Origin: the human T2T-CHM13v2.0 reference genome, Homo sapiens
Reading direction: 5' to 3' (one strand)
DNA length: 64,000 nt
Assembly (NCBI RefSeq): GCF_009914755.1
Contig: NC_060932.1
A program made the position numbers and the translations under genes. Below, one piece after another: positions 1-16,039 of the stretch (position 1 is the stretch's first letter; every line of letters begins with the position of its first letter). Under the pieces are notes generated by a model. The model saw nothing but the letters and a program-made list of their open reading frames with translations. It was not told the origin of the DNA and searched no databases.

Positions 1-408
1 TGTTTTTCAATTTTAGTGATAGTTAGCTAAAATACAAAGTCCAGGCCTCACCCTTCAAAAATACCCAGTCAATAATGTTGGGGAGTGGCTAAGGAAGCAG
101 CATTTTGAATAAGCACTTACTCCCTGCCAGTTTTCAAATTCAGGTGGCTAGTGGACCATACTTGGCAAATATTGCGTTAGACAGATGGTAATGTCATTAA
201 CAAAAACAGGTAATCTAGAAGTAGGTATGGGGTGGCTGACGAGGGTGGAGGAGCATTAGAAATCTACATTACAAAATGTTTAAAACAAGAAATAAGAAAA
301 CAAAGCACTTGTTTTTCCCAAAACCTAATAGAATTAATTAATCTAAACATAATTATGTCACAAATAACCCAGCCCCCACCAAAAAATACCCACAAATATT
401 TTACTTAC

Positions 409-496
409 TTTTATTTTAATGCTTTTTTAATGCACAGATTGTTGTGGCATCTGGACACATGACACACTTGAAAACAACACATTAAATTTATACTGC
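409..496 (-). other. TRIQK: Candidate 88-nt non-coding (5'UTR) cassette exon of the minus-strand gene
   Basis: Minus strand: acceptor ctttttgtctattccag|GCAGTA, donor AAAA|gtaagt; unique sequence. Gene assignment inferred. Confidence 0.45.
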
Positions 497-935
497 CTGG
501 AATAGACAAAAAGCTGCCTTGTAAGCATCATCAACAATGCTCATCATTGGGGGAGGGGTGTGCTGCATTAGCTGGGTCCCATGGAATTATATTTTTAAAT
601 TCTAAACTTTTCACAAATATAAAAGGGATAGGCATTTCAAATCTGAAAGGCCACATGAGGGAGATAACTTCTATTAAATAGCAATTTTTTCAAGTACGAA
701 AATGATTGTTATGATTCACCAGGGTTTGACTTCAACAGTATGGGAAATGTACTTGAGTTAATCTTCTGGATTATATTTGTAAAAGAAGATAGGTTAGTTA
801 AGCTAGGATTGGTCTATAATGTAACTCTTAGTAGTCAAACTAAAAAGTAATTAATCGCATAAATTACACTATCCTTTAAATAAAGATTTTTTTATGAAAA
901 CTGCTCTTTCTAAAAGTTTTAAAAACTTTCTAAAA

Positions 936-998
936 GTTGTGCACATGTACCCTAGAACTTACAGTATAATAAAAAATAAAAATAAATAAATAAATAAA
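936..998 (+). mobile_element. Extremely 5'-truncated L1PA 3' end with A-rich tail
   Basis: gttgtgcacatgtaccctagaacttacagtataataaaaa matches the L1PA terminus. Confidence 0.8.
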
Positions 999-1017
999 TT
1001 TTAAAAAGATTACAATA

Positions 1018-1400
<383 letters not shown>

Positions 1401-2612
1401 CTAATACAAGAAGAAACACATATCCAAACATGTAAAAAGAACAAACATCTACAATTATGATGTAAAGCCAGTAAGGGAGGCAGCTTGTACCACTGCACGC
1501 TAAGAGCTTAATCAAACAAAAGGAATGAGAAGAAGCAAGGGTACCATTAGCTTCAGGGATTCTGAGGTTCACAAAGGGCAGTTTCATATCCACTTGACTA
1601 TTACCCGACAAACCTTCAGACTGCTTTTCCTGATGAGACAAAGAGTAATTGAAAACGGGGTTATGATCTAAAGATCACAAACTTTGAGTTTTCAATGCTT
1701 ACAATCCCTCTAAATTGGATTATTTTAAGAAAATTAAATAAAACTCAAGATTGTTTGAATTATCACAGGAATAAAAAAACTTTATTTCATCCAGCTGGTA
1801 CCAAAAACTGGGCTAAAAAATGAAGGAAAACAATAAGCTCTAGAGGTAAACATCTCAGATGGTATATACTTTTATCTCTGTAATTCCTGACTAAATGGAT
1901 GTAATTTCTTTTATCATAATTCCTCTATATGAATGGCCTTTTCTTGGCTCTAATGGAATATTAGTGAATTCTTATGACTCAGAATTTTCAATAAATTTTT
2001 CTGAAACAAAAATTTACTAGCAAAAAAGACACTGCCTTTATGTTTAGCCCAAATGTTAATTGCATTTGACTAAGAATTTCTGAGTAATACATCTGTGTTC
2101 AGTGTAAACAAAATGTTCTGATACACTTTAAGTCTTATCAAAATCACTACTAATAACCAAGTTTGTTTTATCCAATGTTAAAATTTTTATTTTTCTTAAT
2201 TTATATGCATTTTACATTGAAACAAAACGTGAACCAAGTTGCCAAAATTTGGTAGTTTTAGGATAAAACTACTATTAATAAGTTTGGGAAGTCTACTGAA
2301 AACCTTTTCTGAGTCTCTACATGCATGTGCTCTGTCAATCTAAGAGGGGGCTTACATAAGTCACATTACCCAATATTACTTGCCCGATTTCTCAAACAAT
2401 GCACATTATCATCCCAAGAAGCATCTGTTTCATGTAAAGTTTGGGAAATAGAGGCCTAGATTATTGGAAAGCTAATTAAAATGGATCATAACAGAACAAA
2501 ATAAGCATTTTGGTTAACGAATAAAAGATATCAAGAACTGGCTAAGAGACATGCTTATCAATCATTTCCCCAGCTTGTGATAAAGGAATATCCTGTCATC
2601 AGAGACCTATAA

Positions 2613-2720
2613 TAGGATGACCATATAACTTACCATCCAAGCCAGAACACTTTTGAGAGTCAAAGAGGGCCCCATTCATTACAGCAAGATAAACTTAAAC
2701 CAGGACCATCCAGGACAGCC
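2613..2720. mobile_element. MER96-like hAT DNA transposon fragment
   Basis: taggatgaccatataacttaccatccaagccagaacacttttgagagt resembles the MER96/MER96B terminus. Confidence 0.55.
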
Positions 2721-3009
2721 CTTGCCCCAACTATGAAGCACACAAGGACAGTTTACCATACACCATAGCTCAGTTAGTTTTATCACCCATAAGGTGTTGC
2801 GGTACCAGGAAAGAATGGCAAGTCTTCTTTTAAAATACTGCATTTCAGAAAACAGATTAATATTTTAGGCAATACCTGAAACAGATATGAGAATATCACA
2901 ATAGTAGGTTATGCTGAGATAGACTGTCCTTATTTACAAAATCATCCTCTGGCACATGGCACTACTGAATACTCTGTCGTCAAACTTCAAGCCGTCAGCT
3001 TCCAAGTCA

Positions 3010-3300
3010 GCACTTTCCTGATTCTCCTTCTACATTTCAATTTCTTCTTTACCTCTTTCATTAGCATTCTTCCTCTAGGTGCCTATGAAACTATGGCGTT
3101 TGTGTTCCCGTGTTCCCCATAATTCATTCACTTTATATATTACGCCCTCCTTGGGTACCTCATTCCCTCAAATATATTCCAAGGTCCTATATAACTACCC
3201 CTAACTTCTTCAATCATACATCTAGCATCATTCTAACAAAGCATAATCAATGTGAATTTCTTATTTTTCCTTTAACTAGCAAGTTTCTCCTGTTTTCTAC
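3010..3300 (+). mobile_element. L2 fragment
   Basis: Degenerate pyrimidine-rich L2 3' ORF2-type motifs (ttcctgattctccttctac..., ccttgggtacctcattcc). Confidence 0.45.
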
Positions 3301-3329
3301 CTTTTTTGTTTGTTTTAACTAAACTGACC

Positions 3330-4190
3330 AATACAGTGTTCTCATTGCATGCTATCCTCTTTTGACAGTGTTAACTTGGATCACTTGATTAAGGTGGTAC
3401 CTGCCTAATTTCTCCACTGAGAGAGAATTTAGTCTTTTCCCCTTTGTAATTAATAAGTATTTGGTGTGGAGGTGCTTTGAAACTATGTAAATATCCTATT
3501 CATCAAATTTACCACTACTTGGTTAGCATTTATTGATGTTTCTCGGTTGAATTAATTATATTCTGACAGGTGCCATGTGATGATTTTATAATTTCCTCAT
3601 TTCTTCCATATTTATTCGTTAGTATCCTACTTTATTAAAAAGCATTTCCTTCTCTCCATTTATTTATTCATATATGCGTTTATAGCAGTATGTACTCATA
3701 GATATTTTTATTCAATTAGTTAGAATTAATGTATATCATTTTTAAAATTTTGATTCCCAAATTGTCCTGGATTTGGCCAGTGAAAGTTCCTTCAAGGTGG
3801 TTTGTGTCCTTTTGGCATATCACCTTTTTTAAGAACCTCTTTATTTTCTGACACACAGATATTTACGGTTTAGCGTGTGTTTTCCCTGCTCCTGCCCTGG
3901 GACCTGCCATTTCTCTAAGGGCCCACTTCCCCTTTAGTAGAGAATGTTTTTTAGAAAGCAAGATCTGGGGACAAGATATGCTCATTTCTAATAAACTGAT
4001 ACTGTTCACAGGCCTTCTAAGGAGAGAGAGCTAGGAAATATATGTATTGGTGTGAGCTCAGTACTTCCAATTTCCAATCCAACATCACACAGCTCTCATT
4101 CTACTACGCCCTTTCCACATTTATATTCATAGCTTTCCTCTCTAACATTAGGAAACCTGTCAGACATTATTATCAATGAAAGTTTTCATG
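3330..4190 (-). mobile_element. L1MC-type 3' region
   Basis: gttaacttggatcacttgattaaggtgg, ccctttgtaattaataagtat, tttgaaactatgtaaatatcc are antisense L1MC4/5 3'UTR motifs. Confidence 0.7.
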
Positions 4191-6369
4191 TTTAATTTTT
4201 TGTATAATATTTTACAAAACAATTAATACCTAATATTTCTAAAATTTGTGAGTCACCTATGAAACAAAGGATAAGAACCGATTTGAATTAAATCTACAGA
4301 ATAAATAACCTGTGCTCATATAGACCAACTTGGTGATAATGGTAATATCAAATATTAAATACCCCATAGAGGTCTATCACCTTATTTTACACCTTATAGA
4401 CATATGCTCCACGCTATGGCAAGGAAAATGAGACTGTGCTTAAACCAACCACACCTACTGCTGAAGCTGGCCATGGGGTCTGTTTCTCCTAAACATATGA
4501 CTGTCTGCAAAATGGGTAGATAAAAGAATAAAACCAGTGTTCTTTGAAGATAAGGCATAAAGATTCTAGATAGAAAACTAAAAGCATCAGTCCTATGTGT
4601 AGCCACATACTGTATGTTTACATGGGTATTTATACATTTAAAAATATAGCTTGTCTATATCAGATTGCTAACATTCAAGATATATATTGTGAAATCATGT
4701 TTCTGTATATTGATTCATCACTTAATCTAAGGTTTAAACACAATGATTCTCACACTTCTGACTATAAAGTACACAGATAACATATCACTCACTGAATCTC
4801 CTTGATCTATTTTAGCGGCAAGCATCACTTATGCTAATTTTTAGTCATTTCTATGTGTATTATCAATTTCAAGTAATTAGGTTTCCAAATTCAACAAAAA
4901 AATCCTTAAGTGACTAGGGAAAGTCACTCAGTTCCACACAGAGAGAGCAGGAGAGAAAGTGTGAAAGAAATAAAAACCTCTATTATTTTTGTAATGGTGG
5001 CTATTTCAATGGTGAACTGAAAAAGCAAGTTCTAGTTTGGTACATGGATAGTTTCCAAAAGACGTTCAATGATTATCCCTTGACTAAATAAAGAATAGTA
5101 GGGAAATGTACCAGACAAGAAGGCATAAAACCTTAGCCACATCTTTTCAATGAAAGACTAGATGACATTGACAAAGTCAATCAGTTTCCCTTCTTACACA
5201 ATTGCTAAACTCTCTTCCAGTTTAAAAAACATAGAATACATAAGCATATGTATCAGGCTAAGGGTAATTATTTTCATGCCGAGAAACACATCCTTAAATA
5301 TTAAGACAGAACTAACAATAAGTACATAACTTTTAAGCATATATATCTTAAAACTAATGGAAATTATGTGTACTGAAATAAGCTTAAGTATATAAGAGGA
5401 AACAAAGAGCTCAAGACAACAATAACAAGGCCCTTTATGGAAATTTTGCTTCCAATGTAATAGCTTCAAAATGCTGTATGACTTATTTAAAAGAGCTTTA
5501 TTAGTAATTAAATGTCAAAAGTATAAAAACAACTGGTCTATATCCAATTTCATAGAAGTTGTACTAAACGCATTCATTATATCGAAGTCCCAGGTGATTA
5601 TAGCATTAGCACTTTGTTAGTATTTGCAGACTGCTAGTTTTCAAACAGATTGTGGTATTATAACATGTATTTATCAGCTATGATGCAAATTATGCTTTTA
5701 AAATACCACCGAATTTTTCCACTAGAGAAATACAATAAAGATTTTTGAGCTTAAAAAATTGAGAAAACAACATGGAAAAAGGTTAATGGAAATAAGCACT
5801 AGGCTATTAGCTAATATAACTCTACTATGTAGAAACAAATAAATAAGTAAAAATAGATGGAATAGTACAATACGAAAAAGCATAAGTAGATTTCCTGTTA
5901 CAATGGATTGATGGAGAAAAGAATTTCCCAAGTTAAACTGTAATACAAACAAAAAACCAGAAGTTCTACTTTGTGCCAGCTTTTTATCTTCCATCTCCTA
6001 TTCCCTAATTCCCACTCTATCAAATCTGTAATGCCTTTCATAAGGTATTTCATTTAAAAAGATGTCAAAGTTCTGCTTGATAGTTAATTGTCGGCCTTTT
6101 TAAGAGTATTCAGTCTCACAAAAAATAACAAAGAAAAGCTAGCAAATGAAAATACGAAAAATATACTTTTGAATAAACTGTTCAAGATAATAAAAGATTC
6201 CAACTTGATCAATGTTGTGAACTACAAATATTAAAACACTTCAACAGCAAATGTTTAGAAATTATTGCTAAAATAAAATAATCAGGGTTTTGGTTAAAAG
6301 CGTGTTCATTCTGTGAAAATTCACCGTCTACATATTCTGTTTTGTGCACGTTCCTTTATGTACAGTATT

Positions 6370-8270
6370 ATGCATCAACAGAAAGTTTTGAAAAATTAGT
6401 AATGTAGCTAAAGTGATAAGTAAGCACAAATTAGAAAAGACAAAAGATTGAAAAATAATGAACCAAAAAGGAAATAATAGAAAAAGAATAAAGCCCTTCA
6501 AATTACAAAAAGTCATAAACTAAAAGCAATAAATAATTAAATTTAAAAAACAGAGTCAAAAGGGATGATCAACATAGACAAAAACTGAGCCTTTGAAAAA
6601 TAATAACATGGAACAAACTCTTGTCCTGACGGAATAAGAAAAAAATACACAAACAGTATTAGATATTTAAAAAAAGACTCAATATTCAGCAGAGATTAAC
6701 ATTATATAACAAGAAGATTCTATTAAAAATGCCATATCAATAAATTTAAAAATTAAAACACATTTCTTAAAAAACAGACTTACCAATAGCAGCTGAAGAA
6801 GGTAGAGATCAAATAGAATAAAATTCAGTGGAACTATAATTTTTTAAGTCAATCAATGTTTAAAAATCTACCCTTAAAAAATAAGACATACACACACAAA
6901 ACAGGTAAGATTAAATGGTCAACAAGGAAGTTTTATTAACCATTCAAGGAACACATAATCCCTACAACAAGCTTTATCAGGTATATAAAATATTAAACTA
7001 TTTTGAAGCCTAAAAATTGGCACACTTCTCAACTCATTTCATAAGGCTAATAGAATCTTGAAATGAGAACAAGGCAAGATCATTATGAGAATGAAAAATT
7101 ACAAGCCAATCTTATTTATGAACAAAGATACAAAAATCCTAAACATAATATTAGACAACCAAATCCAGTATGTATAATCATAATGATAAAATATTCCATG
7201 ATGAAGCTGGGCTAATCACAAAAATGAAAGGGCAATTTAACATTAGATATTATCTTAGTAGTATTCTTGTTAACTGATTAAAGGAGGAAAATACTGACAG
7301 ACCTCAATCAATACAGAAAAATAAAAGTTACATTCAATACCCATTCATTATTACAGGGGGAGAGAGAAGGAAGAAAGATAGAGGATGAACAGAGGGAGGC
7401 AGGAAGGAGAAAGCAAGGAATTTAGTATATAGAAATAGAAAAGAACTTTTTACCCTGTTGATACATAGGCAAACAAACAAAGCAAAGATTATCCTAAATA
7501 GAGAAAAATTAAAAGTTCTCTTTTAAAAATCATAAGCAAGACAAAGACATTGCAGTGAGACATCCAGATAGCACAGTAAGACAAAAGGGGAAAGAGCATA
7601 GGGGATTGGAAAGGAAAAAGAAAACATTATGATTCACAAATAATATGACTCCCAGGTGGCAAAGTGGAGAGAAACTACAGACAAATATTTGAATCTGTAT
7701 GAAATTATTTGTAAGAGCTCAGCCAGGTTATGATATATAAAGTTTATATATAAAATTCTAATTTAGTATAGCAACAAAATCTATAAAGCAGCTATAAATA
7801 CTATGGAATACCTCTAAAAGTATATGCATGACTACTTATTGAACTGTTATAGGAGCTCAGATTATTACAATAAGTTAAGAAGAGTAATTAATAAAATATT
7901 TGAGGGAGCAATGTGGCAATACCCAGTAAAATTAAAGATTATGTACCTACAAGAACCATTAATCAACTGCTAGTTATATGAACTAGGGAAACAATTCTAT
8001 ATGTGCACAAAAACACTAGTAAGTACACTCACTGAAAATGTTTTTAATAACAGCAAAAAAGGAAAATAAAACTCTGTATGTCTACATAATTTATTCATAA
8101 GTGAAATATAAAGCAGTTAAAATGTGTGAACAAAGACACATGTATTTATACACTTACAAAACAACTTAAAACATGAAAAATCAATAGTCAATATTATTTA
8201 GGGAAAAATATACCTATACCAACACACACACACACATGCACCCAAATGATAAACGCCAAATTCTGTGGTT
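6370..8270 (+). mobile_element. Old L1M(E) ORF2/3' fragments
   Basis: A-rich degenerate ORF2 motifs (ttacaagccaatcttatttatgaacaaagatacaaaaatcctaaac; attcaatacccattcat). Confidence 0.7.
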
Positions 8271-8329
8271 ATATAGCAGGAATGAGGAAGTACAATTAAG
8301 ATCGCTTGCACAGGGTTATTTATTTAATC

Positions 8330-10270
8330 AGATTTCTTGACAGTATATTGCTGGGTCTTGCTTGTTTTACCCAGTTGAAAACATGTGTTTTAAATGTACA
8401 ATTAAGATCATTTTATTTAATGTAATTAAATATGTTTGCATTTATATCCCTCATCCTACAATTTATTTTCTATTTGTCCCATCTGCTGTTACCTCATCTT
8501 CTTTGTTTTTTTTTTTTACTTGCTTCTTTGGGATTAATTGAGCATTTTTTAGTATTTTATTCCATCTTCACTTTTATTAGTCATTCCTCTGTTTTACATT
8601 TTTAGCAGTTACTAGAATTTATAATACATATTATGTAACCTTTCATAATCTATCTTCAAATAATATTATACTACTCTACATATTATATAAGATCTTGCAA
8701 AAGTAAACTTCCAATCTCAACCCTCTATCCTTTGGGATATTATTGTCATATGTTTCACATCTATGTTTTTATCAATATAAACCATTGATAATATTTTTGC
8801 AGTAAAGAGTCAACATATCTTTTTCAAAACCTTAAAAATGATAAAAATGCCTTTTGTATTTACCTACATATTTACTATTTCCAATACTCTTTGTTCCTTG
8901 TGTGATGTTTCATTTTCCTTTTTTCTGAAGAATTCCATTAACATTACTTGCAGTGCAAGTCTTTGGGCAACAAATTCTCTCAGCTTTTGTTTAGAGACAA
9001 AAACTTTTATTTTGTCTTTAATTTTTGAAGAATATTTTTCTTCAAATAGAATTCTAGGGTTCTAGGGTCACAACTATTCTTACAGTACTTGAAAGCTAAC
9101 ACTCCTTTGTCTACCAACTGGGATAGTTTTGTGGAACAGTCTTCAAACTTATCTTTAGGTTTACCTTTTTATATTTTAAAATTTTTAATTGAGATATATA
9201 TATATATTCGAGGTGTACAACATGATTGGATATATGTATACAATTTGTAATGATTATTACAATCAAATTAACTAACACATCCATCACCAACCATTTTAAA
9301 TTTGTCTTTAGTTTATATTCCTCACCCATACTTGCTACTTTTAATGATTTTTGCATTATTGTTTTCACCAATTTAATTTTGATGTGCTTTGGTGTCTGTG
9401 TGTCTACTATTATACTGGTCAGACTTCTCTGAGCTTCTTAGATGTATCGTTTTGTAATTTTCATCAAATTTGGAAAAACTTCTGACATGATTTCTTGAAA
9501 TACTTTTTATTTCTTCCCCTGCCCCTGCCACTATTCTGAGACTACATCTACACATATATGAGACCATGTATTGTCTCATAACTAACCGAGGCACTGTTGA
9601 TTTTTGTTGGGAGGGGCAATTATTCACTCTGCCTTTCATTTTGGATCAATGTTACTGCAATATCTTCAAGCACACTGAACTTGTCTTCTGCAGTGTCCTA
9701 TCTGCTGTTAATACCATAAAGTGAAAGTTGTGACTCAAAAATTATACTTTTCACCACTAGAAGTTCCTTTGATTCTTTCTAATATCTTCTATATTCCTCT
9801 TATGTTAAGGTTTTTCTTTAAATATTTAAAAATATAATAACTGATTACATTTTTTGCTGGTAGTTCCACCAAATCTATCATTTATAGATCTATTTCTATT
9901 GACTGTTTTTCTCTTGGTTATAAATCACACTTTCCTGCTCTGTGGCATGACTAGTAATTTTTACCAGATAATGGAACTGCAATTGTTACATTGTTTAATG
10001 TCTAAATGTTATTTTACTCTTTTAAAACAATTGGGGCTTTTTGTTGAGAGGAGAAAGAGAGTTAAAATCAGTATGGTCAGGTTTTACTTAAGTTTTTTCT
10101 AGGTTGCATCTAAGCAACCTTTAATCTAGGTATAGATCAGCCTACTTCTAAAACATTATCCCCAGTGGGGTCTCAACTAAATGCCCTGGTTGATTATGAA
10201 GACGTGCCATTCTGAGTGGTCCAAACCTTAATATCTCCCCACTCTGTGTGAGCTCACAGAATTGTTTTAT
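8330..10270 (-). mobile_element. Old L1M (ORF1/inter-ORF region), containing a short L1MA 3' end at about 9165-9295
   Basis: Antisense L1M motifs (aattctctcagcttttgtt, ttcatcaaatttggaaaa); nested gtgtacaacatga...ctaacacatccatcacc. Confidence 0.7.
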
Positions 10271-11982
10271 TTGTGAATTTGAGAGAAGCAAAGGGGATAG
10301 AATGGCTTGACCCAGCAGGGTAAACAGCAGCTCCACACAGCCAAAATGCCTACCCAATGACTCCATAAGGCAGGAAGACTCCCAGCTTCATGGATGTCAG
10401 AGACATGAAGGGATATCAGAGAAGGAAAGAAGCCACACTGGCTTTGCCCAGGAAGGTAAGCAATGGCTCCACACAACCAAAAAGCTCACCCTACAACCTC
10501 CCCAGGCAAAGAGATGTCCTCCTCCACAGATCTCAGAGAAGCAAAGGGGCTATACCTATTTGACCTGGGAAGGCAAGCAGTGTGGCTCAACACAGCCAAC
10601 AAACCCACCCTACAACCCTACTCAGGCAGGGAGATTCCCACCTCTATGCATTTGGGAGAAATGTAGGCACTAGTCCTGCTTGATCCGAGAGGTCAAACAG
10701 CCACTCAATTCAGCCTAATGCCCATCCCAGGGTACCATACCCAGAGGGAAGCAAACCCTCATCATGCATTCCTAAGGAGCATAGCCTCAGGTCCCACCTG
10801 TCCAGAGCAGCAACTCCACCTAACCTTGCAGCCTGCACCCTTGCCCAACCACAGATCCCAAATAGCAGAATTACCCAGCCAAGGAATATGTCTTATATCT
10901 GGGCTGACCAGAAGCCACTGCAGTACCCAGCCAGCAGCTCCACCTAATAGGAGAGCCCAGTCAGTGGTCTCACCAGTCAGCAGAACCCAGAGAGTAGCAT
11001 TATCTGACATCACAGCGAAGGTAGTGGCCCAGCCAACTAGAGAATACATAAATTCTCTTCAGGGTCATCACCAGCTGACCCTTCATGAATCACAGGCTAG
11101 ACAAAATAATGAAATTCTATCCATGTCAAAGAACTCCTGTAAATGTGAGAAGCCAGGGCTGTCTTCTCAAATGTACAGACCTATCAATAATCACCTTAAA
11201 TGTAAATGGATTAAATTCTCCAATTAAAAGACTTAGAGTTGCTGAATAGATTTAATAAAAAAAAAAAAAAAAGACCCAACTGTATATACTGTCTGCAAGA
11301 GAATCACTTCACTGTCAGGGACACAAACAAACTGATAGTGAAGTAACACAAAAAGATATTGCATGCAAATGGAAAGCAAATGAGAGTGGAGTAGCTATAC
11401 TTATATCAAATAAAATAGACTTTAAATTTTAAAACCATAAAAGAGACAAAGAAGGTCATTATATAATAATAAATGGACTTGTCCAGCAAAAGGATTTAAT
11501 GTTTGTAAATATATATGCACCCAACATTGGAGCACCCAAATAAATAAAGCAAATATTAGTAGATATAAAGAGAGAAATTGACTCCAACACAATAATAGCA
11601 CAGGACTTCAACACACCACTTACAGTAATGGACAGATCATGCAGACAGAGAACTAATAAAGAAACATTGAATTTAGGCTGCACTCTAGGCCAAAAGAACC
11701 TAACAGATGTTTACAGAATATTACAACCAACTGCTGAAGAATATACATTCTACTCAACTGAACATGGAACATTTCCCAGGATAGATCATATGTTAGATCA
11801 CAAAACTAGTCTTAATAAATTTAAGAAAACTAAAATAATATCAAGTATCTTTCTGACCACAATGGTATAAAACTAGAAATCAATAACAAGAAGAACTTTA
11901 GAAACTTTACAAATACATAGAAATTGAACAACATCCTTCTGAAAAATGAATGGGTTAATGAAGAAATTAAAAGGGAAATTTA

Positions 11983-12349
<367 letters not shown>

Positions 12350-13622
12350 TGAGATACAGCAAAAGCAGTTCTAAGAAATAAGTTTAGAGCAATAAATGCC
12401 AGCATCAAAAAAGAAGATCTCAAATAAACAACATAACATTGCACCTCAAGGAACTAGAAAAATGAAGAAATGAAACTTATAATCAATAGAAAGAAGGAAA
12501 TAAAAATCAGAGCAGAAATAAATAAAACAGAAACTAAAAAAATACAAAAAGTCAACAAATGAAGAGTTAGTTGTTTTTTGCAAAGAGAAACAAAATTAAC
12601 AAACTCTTAGCCAAACTACATTTTTAAAAAAGAGAAAAGACTCAAATAAATTAATGATGGAAAAGAAGGCATTGCACTGAAATCACAAAAATGCAAAAGG
12701 TCACAAGAGATAATTATGAACAAGTGTATGACAACAAATTGGATAATGTAGAAGAAATGGATAAACTAGAAACATGCAACCTACCAAGATTGAATCATGA
12801 AGAAATAGAAAATCTGAACAGAACAATAATAACTAACCAGCTTAAATTAGTAATAGAGTCTCTCATCAGTGAAAATCCCAGGGCATGATAGCTTCCCTGT
12901 TGAATTCTACAAACATTTAATAAAGAACGAACACTAATTTTACTAAAATTATTCCAAATAATTGAAGAGGAGGGAATACTTCCAAACTCATTCTATGAGG
13001 CCGTAATTACTCTGATAATGCAATCAGACAAGGATGGAACAAAAAAAGAAAACTACTCTGATGGTTATAGATGCAAAAATCCTCAACAAAATACTAGGAA
13101 GAGCCCATATCATTAATTCTGATCAAGTGAGATTCACCCCAGGATGCAAGGATGGTTCAACGTATGCAAATCAATAAATATTATACATCACATTAACAGA
13201 ATGAATGACAAAATCCACATGATCTTTTCAGCAGATGCAGAAAAAACATTTGACAAAATTCAACATCCCCTCATGATAAAAACTCTCAACAAATTAGATA
13301 TAGAAGGTACGCACCTCAACACAATCAAGGCCATATGTGACAAACCCACAGCTAATATACTGAATGTGGAAAAGTTGAAAGCTTTCCTCTAAGATCTGGA
13401 GCAAGACAAGGATGCTCACTTTTACCACTTCTGTTCAACATAGTATTGGAAGTCCTAGCCAGAGAAATTGGGCAAGAGAAAGAATTAAAAGGCCTCCAAG
13501 TTGGAAAGGAAGAATTTAAATTGTGCCCGTTTGCAGATGTCATTATCTTACATGGAGAAAATACTAAAGATTCCACTAGAGCTGCAGGATTTGAATTCAA
13601 CATACAAAAGTCAGTAGTATTT

Positions 13623-13913
<291 letters not shown>

Positions 13914-16039
13914 GACAAAAATCAGTGGTATTTATATATACTAAAAGCAAACTATCTAAAAATGAAATAAGGACAACAATCCTATTTACAATAGCTAAAA
14001 AAAAAAAAATGGGACACTTAGTAATAAATTTAACCAAGGAGGTGAAAACTCTCCGCAGTGAAAACTATTTTTAAAAACTGATTAAAAAATTGAAGACATA
14101 CATAAATGGAAAAGCATTCCATGTTTATGAATTGGAAGAATCACTATTGTAAAAATGTCTGTTTTACTCAAAATCATCTACAGATTCAATGCAATTCCTG
14201 TCAAAATCCCGAAGACATCCTTCATACAAGTGGAAAAAAACTATCTTAAAATTCATATGGACCCAGAAAACACCCTGAATAGCCAAAGCAATTTTGAGCA
14301 AAAAAGAACAAAGCTAGAGGCATCACATTACCTGACTTTCAAATATACTATGAAGCTACAATAACCAAAACAGCATGGCATTGGCATAAAAACAGACACA
14401 CAGACAATGAAACAGAATAGTGAACCCAAAAATAAATCCATACACTTACAGCCAACTGATGTTCAACAAAGGTGCCAAGAACACAGAATAGAAAAAGAAC
14501 AGTCTCTTCAATAAATGGTTCTGGGAAAAGTGGACATCCACATACAGAAGAATGAAGCTAGATTCCTGTCTCTTGCTATATACAAAAATTAAACAAAATG
14601 AATTAAAGGCTTAAATATAAGACCTGAAACAATAAAACTGCTAGGAGAAATGCTAGGAGAAAACAGGGAAAACACCATATTGGACACACATTGGATTGAG
14701 CAAGGATTTTTTTGGGTAAGATCCCAAAAGCACAGGCAACAAAAGCAAAAAATAGACGAATGGGATTCTGCTAGAAGCTTTTTAGAAGAGGAAAAAGCAG
14801 AGGAAACAAGCAATAGAGTAAAGAGAGAATCTACAGAATGGAAGAAAATATTTGTAAACTATGCATCTGTTAATATCCAGATTATATTAGGACTATATAT
14901 CCAGACTATATTAGGAAGTCGATCAACTCAATACAAAAAAAACCCCAAATAATCTCATTTTGAAAATGTGCAAAAGACCTGAATAGACATTTCTCAAAGG
15001 AAGACATACAAATGGCCAACAGTTATATTAAAATATCATTAATCATTAGGAAAATGCAAATCAAAACAACAAGACAGCACCTTACACCTGTTAAAATGGC
15101 AATTATCAAAAAGATAATTAAAAAGTAGCAAATGGTTTGCATGTGGAGAAAAGGAAAACTCTTACACACTGTCGTGGGAATGTAAATTAGTACAGCCATT
15201 ATGGAAGAGAGTATGAAGGTTACTCAAAAAAAAAAAAAAAATAGAACTACTATATGACCCAGCAATCCTACTGTTGGATATATATTCAAAAACAAATAAA
15301 ATCAGTTTGTCAAAGAGGTATCAGCACTTCAATGTTTATAACAGTACTATTCACAATAGCCAAGAGATGAAATCAACCTAAGTCTGTATAAACGAATAAG
15401 TGGATAAATAAAATGAAGCATATATATGGAATGAAATACTATCCAGCCATAAAAAAGAATGAAATCCTGGCACTCATGGCAACATAGATAAATCTTGAGG
15501 ACACTATGTTATGAGAAATAAGCCAGGCACAGGAAGACAGCTACAGCATGATCTCACTTACATGTGGAATCTAAAGAAGTTGACGTCATAAAAGTAGAAG
15601 GCAGAACGGTGGTCAACAGAGGCTAGCAAGGGAAAAGGAGGAGGGTACAGGTAAATTTTGGTTAACAGTACACAGTTACAGTTAGAAGGAATAAATTCTG
15701 GTGTTCTATTGTAGATTAGGATAACTAAGGTTAACAAATATGGTATTGTATATTTTAAAATAGGAGAATTTTGAATGTTCTCACCACAAAGAAATGATAA
15801 ATATATAAGGTGATGGATATGCCGGCTAAATGCCCTGATTTGATTTTGCACAATGTATATACGTATTAAAACATCTTACTGTACCCTATAAATATGTATA
15901 TTTATTATATCTTAATAAAACAAAGTTAATAAAAAAATTAAATAGATAATGAGTGCTGACTGTGGTGTAGGTACTGTCAAAGGCATATTTACATATGATA
16001 AATAATTTTTAAAGAAGCTGGCCAGATGCAATCATTACC

